NCBI GenBank assembly: GCA_023645945.1
Contig: JALAIB010000013.1
Coordinates: 1 to 50,939, forward strand
Direction: 5' to 3'
DNA: 50,939 nt
Origin: Diploschistes diacapsis
Lineage: Eukaryota
Shown one piece after another: positions 47,484 to 50,939 of the stretch; within the stretch, counting starts at the first letter, position 1, and every line of letters starts with the position of its first letter. The notes beneath the pieces are model-generated. The model was not told the DNA's origin. It did not search any database and worked only from the letters and a program-made list of their open reading frames with translations. Made by a program: the position numbers and the translations under genes.

Positions 47484-48239
47484 AAGCCTGGCGTCAAGCC
47501 AACAAGAAAGCATGAATAAGGTACCGTCGGAAAATGCAAATTATTTGGCAAACTGTTCAGCTGTCCGTGAATTTCTTGCCCTCGGTTCACAGGAGACAAG
47601 AGAATTTGTAATCTCATTGCCATCCGCCCCATCGCATTTAACGCTGCCTTTCACATCAATGATGCAGGCGGTGTCCCTGAGCAAATAGAGGGGGCTCCAA
47701 GCAATCCCGTCTGGAGCTCAAGGCGAACTTCAAAGACTTGCACGCCTTCTCGTGATCCAGGGTATTGGTAGTGTTTGTATTCAAAAAAATACATGAGCTC
47801 TCCTGGAGCACACAGGGATACTCTACAGAACTGCCGTTAGACGAGAATCACTTGTCTATTGCTCCGCATGCATGAGTTTCTGACCCCTAAGTGATTACTT
47901 TCCTCTAGACATCTTCCGACGAGCCTTGATTCACAGCCTGGAAGTATAGGCGATCAGCCAATGCACATTCGTTCATCCTGTCACTCTCATCGTTCTTCCA
48001 TCCGCCGCTGATGTCGTACGATATGAGGAGCCGACTGTGTGATAGACGGCTGATAGGGGGCATGCTAGTGGGTGTTACAAACCCGTCCTGGCCGGATGCT
48101 GGAGCTGCTTTTTACTGCAGAGGCTAGCAATATGAGCCATGGGCGGCCGTTTGGATATGACGAACGAGCCAGCTATCGGCATCGGCGCTTGTGTGTTGAC
48201 AGAAACCTGTCGAGTCCAATTAAGCTGAAGTCTAATCGA

Positions 48240-50551
48240 CTAAGGCTCTAGCCCTGTCTCGGTCGAAGCAGTAAGCTCGGCGATACGCTTCTCTATCTCT
48301 GGTACCTCTCGCAGCTTCAACTCGAGCTCCTCCTTCTCACTGTCGTTACGTCAGTTATCACGCACTTGTGGTACGCTAAGAGCTGGGACTTACTCTTCCA
48401 ATTCCAGCCTCTTCTCCGCATCCAACTTCGTGAACACGTACCCACCCTGCCCGTCAAATTGCAGTATGTTCTCATGATACTTCCACAGACTCCTCCGGTG
48501 GCTCACCGTCATTAGGGTTATACCAAGCTCCTTGGCCTTATCGTACATAATTTTCTCTACTTCAAGCGTCACGCTACTCGTACATTCGTCCAAGATGGCG
48601 TACTTCGGTGTGTGGTAGAAAAGCCTGGCCATCGCAACCCGCTGTTGGAGACCCCCAGAAAGGACATCCCGCCACTCTTCCTCGGCGTCCCAGCCACCGA
48701 CGCGGTCGACAATGTGGCCAATCTCGACCACATTAAGTATTTGCTGCAAATCGTCGTCTCTGACACCCTTGTCTCGCATCTCGCGGATATCATCCGGATA
48801 GGTAACCTGCTGGCGGAGTGTCCCACAGGAGAGGTATGGGCGTTGAGGGATGTAGAAGATATCCTCGAAGGGAGGCTTGCGGACTGTGCCGCCGTATATG
48901 GGCCACAGCCCACCAAGGATGCGGAACAGCGAGGACTTGCCGCAGCCATTCGGGCCGACAATGAGCAGGTGCTCACCTTGCTTGATGGAGAAATTGAGCT
49001 TTTCGACAAGGATATCCCCGTTCGGAGACACAATTGGGACGTCGACAAATTCGATATCGGAGCTCTCTACTGTAGTGCCTCTATTGCGCAGTATCGAAGC
49101 ATTCGACGATGTGTCTGCGGCCGAGACAAGCTTCTTCTCGAATCGGCCAGCCTGAATGTCGTCCATCACATCGATCAGAGTCGCGACGCGGGAAGTATAG
49201 CCAGCAAGCTCTGTAACTTCCTTGTACGAGAACATCAGGCGGCCAAACGCATCTGATGAGGCAAGAAGCATGCGGCGGTTTGTAACAAAAGCTGAATTTG
49301 ATCAGCGTAAGATCAACAATCATAGACTTTCTATACCTTCTGTCCGATCGCCCATTCCCCTCAAAGTTTGTCCAGGGACCTTGAAGAAAACGGGTATACT
49401 ACACAACATAAGTCCCAAAGCTCCCCAGAAGTACTTGATGACGAAATCTTCCATTAGTGCGTGGTAGAAGCGGCGCCTCAGTATCCGGTTGACGTGCTTG
49501 ATCAAGGTGAAATAACCCTTGTCCAGCGTATCCTTTTCTGTATCATGGCCATGGTACAGAGCAATCTCTTCACTGTTGTCGATCAACCTCGAATGCTGAA
49601 ACCTAAACTCCCCTTCCAGCCGCGCCTCCTCTGCCACGTACTTCCCGAACGGTGGCGTCAATACCCGCATAACGTTGGCCGAGAGCTGGACCAGCAGACT
49701 CATCATGAAAAGACCTTCGCCTCCGACAGAGCGCGAGAGAGAATAATTGTATATGACCATATCCAGAATTGGTTTTGCAAGGTTAGAGTACAGCTCTGCC
49801 AGACTGTTGGAGAAGCGAGAGACGTCAACCGTGATGAGCTGATCCGCGTTCTTTATCCGGTCATCCAGCGTGGAGAGGCTGTAGAAGGTCATGTTCGAGA
49901 GATATTTGCTGTGTATGTACTCGGTCAATCGTCTGCGGTACCCCAGCGATAGTTTAGCCTGGTGGTACGAAAGCTAGCCAAACCATCAATTCTCTAGACC
50001 ATCTCGCCAATCGCTATGCTACTCACCATCGAGTTCGTAAATGTAGCCGGCACAGCAACGACCATCCACCACACTACGCCCAGCAAGAACTCCGTCCCCT
50101 TCCCCCTCACAAGACTGCTAACCAACTTCCCATCCAAATCCGCCACATAAAGGCTGATCAGCGTCCTCGCGACCAAAAACGCGCTATGGCTTATAATCAA
50201 CCCCAACTCCCTGCTCTTCCATCCCGGCACCACAATCCTCAGCAGTCGCAGCAAATTCCTAAAGAACTCCCTGTTCAGCTCCACGCGCTTCTTCGCGCCC
50301 GCTTGCGCCCGCCCATCGCTCAAGCCAGCGACTTGCTGCCGCACCGTCTCCTGGTGGATGGAGGCAGCCTTTTGCTCGGAGATGGCGGAGTGGATGCGGC
50401 TGAGGAGGGCGACGAAGAAGGTCAGGTAGACGGTGCGAGAGACCTTAGTACGGTGCTTGAGGTAGAGGGAGCTGAGGGAGCTGACTAGCTGCCTGGCGGA
50501 CTTCTCGGTTGTGAGGTGGGCGGGCAGCACGGGCTTCGACAGGACGGCCAT
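48240..50551 (-). CDS. pxa2: Peroxisomal ABC subfamily D half-transporter for long-chain fatty acids (Pxa2-like), ~719 aa
   Basis: Exons 50027-50551, 49337-49973, 48394-49291, 48240-48339 (2160 nt). EAA-like [27 protein letters not shown], Walker [17 protein letters not shown], signature LSGGLQQR, Walker B AILDECTS. The Pxa1/Pxa2 assignment is from recall. Confidence 0.93.
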
Positions 50552-50744
50552 TGTCGCTTGTCGGGGCGCATTGTGGTTTTTTCGAGAGAGCTATGTTGAA
50601 CTGCCATGAGGGTGAGGCATTGGGAAGAGCGTTGAGACGTGTTGTATGCTGTATCTCACGGGATAGGCCTCGGACTTCCGCTCCCGTTGCTTGGGGCATG
50701 TGAAAGAAGTTGCTGCACCGTAGGGCTGACGGGACAAGAGCGCG

Positions 50745-50939
50745 CTAGCAAACTTCTACAGCTTTGCTACAAGTCATTTTACCCTCCATTATCACTTGCA
50801 AGCCATGGCGTGCCCAACATCCATCCCCAAATTCCTTCCTCCGCGAGGGCCTCTCCTCCGACGAGCCCACAAGCCTCCTCATAGCGTCGGCCTTCACAAT
50901 GCCGGCCCCCCAAACCCATCCCTCCTCTCGACCCGCAAC
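50745..50939 (-). other. Possible 3' end of a gene entering from beyond the window
   Basis: Open, GC-rich frame from the window edge to TAG at 50745 (VAGREEGWVWGAGIVKADAMRRLVG...). No recognisable domain. Confidence 0.2.

Overview
Filamentous ascomycete (Pezizomycotina-like) genomic DNA with spliceosomal introns. I reconstruct seven intact genes: a GLO3-type ArfGAP, TIM21, mannitol-1-phosphate dehydrogenase (with a GC-AG intron), a SUR7/PalI membrane protein, a Zn(II)2Cys6 transcription factor, an intronless PpoA-type dioxygenase-P450 fusion (linoleate diol synthase), and a peroxisomal ABCD transporter (Pxa2-like). A disabled PNP_UDP-NACHT-ankyrin NLR lies head-to-head with the ppo gene. Two large ORF-poor blocks (about 7.4-21.6 kb and 27.8-38.6 kb) look intergenic but contain decayed genes. 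The main observation is three diverged minus-strand copies (about 12.4, 20.2 and 33.6 kb) of one unannotated protein family, core FDWIF...SSIVQQEFxFYxWHLRERGGQSNLGWNR. Two copies carry mostly RIP-like stop codons at conserved residues. A second unknown module is duplicated in tandem at 16.4-17.4 kb. These blocks may be relics of a large cargo-carrying mobile element, but I see no transposase, captain recombinase or element ends. All alignments and splice models were made by eye.
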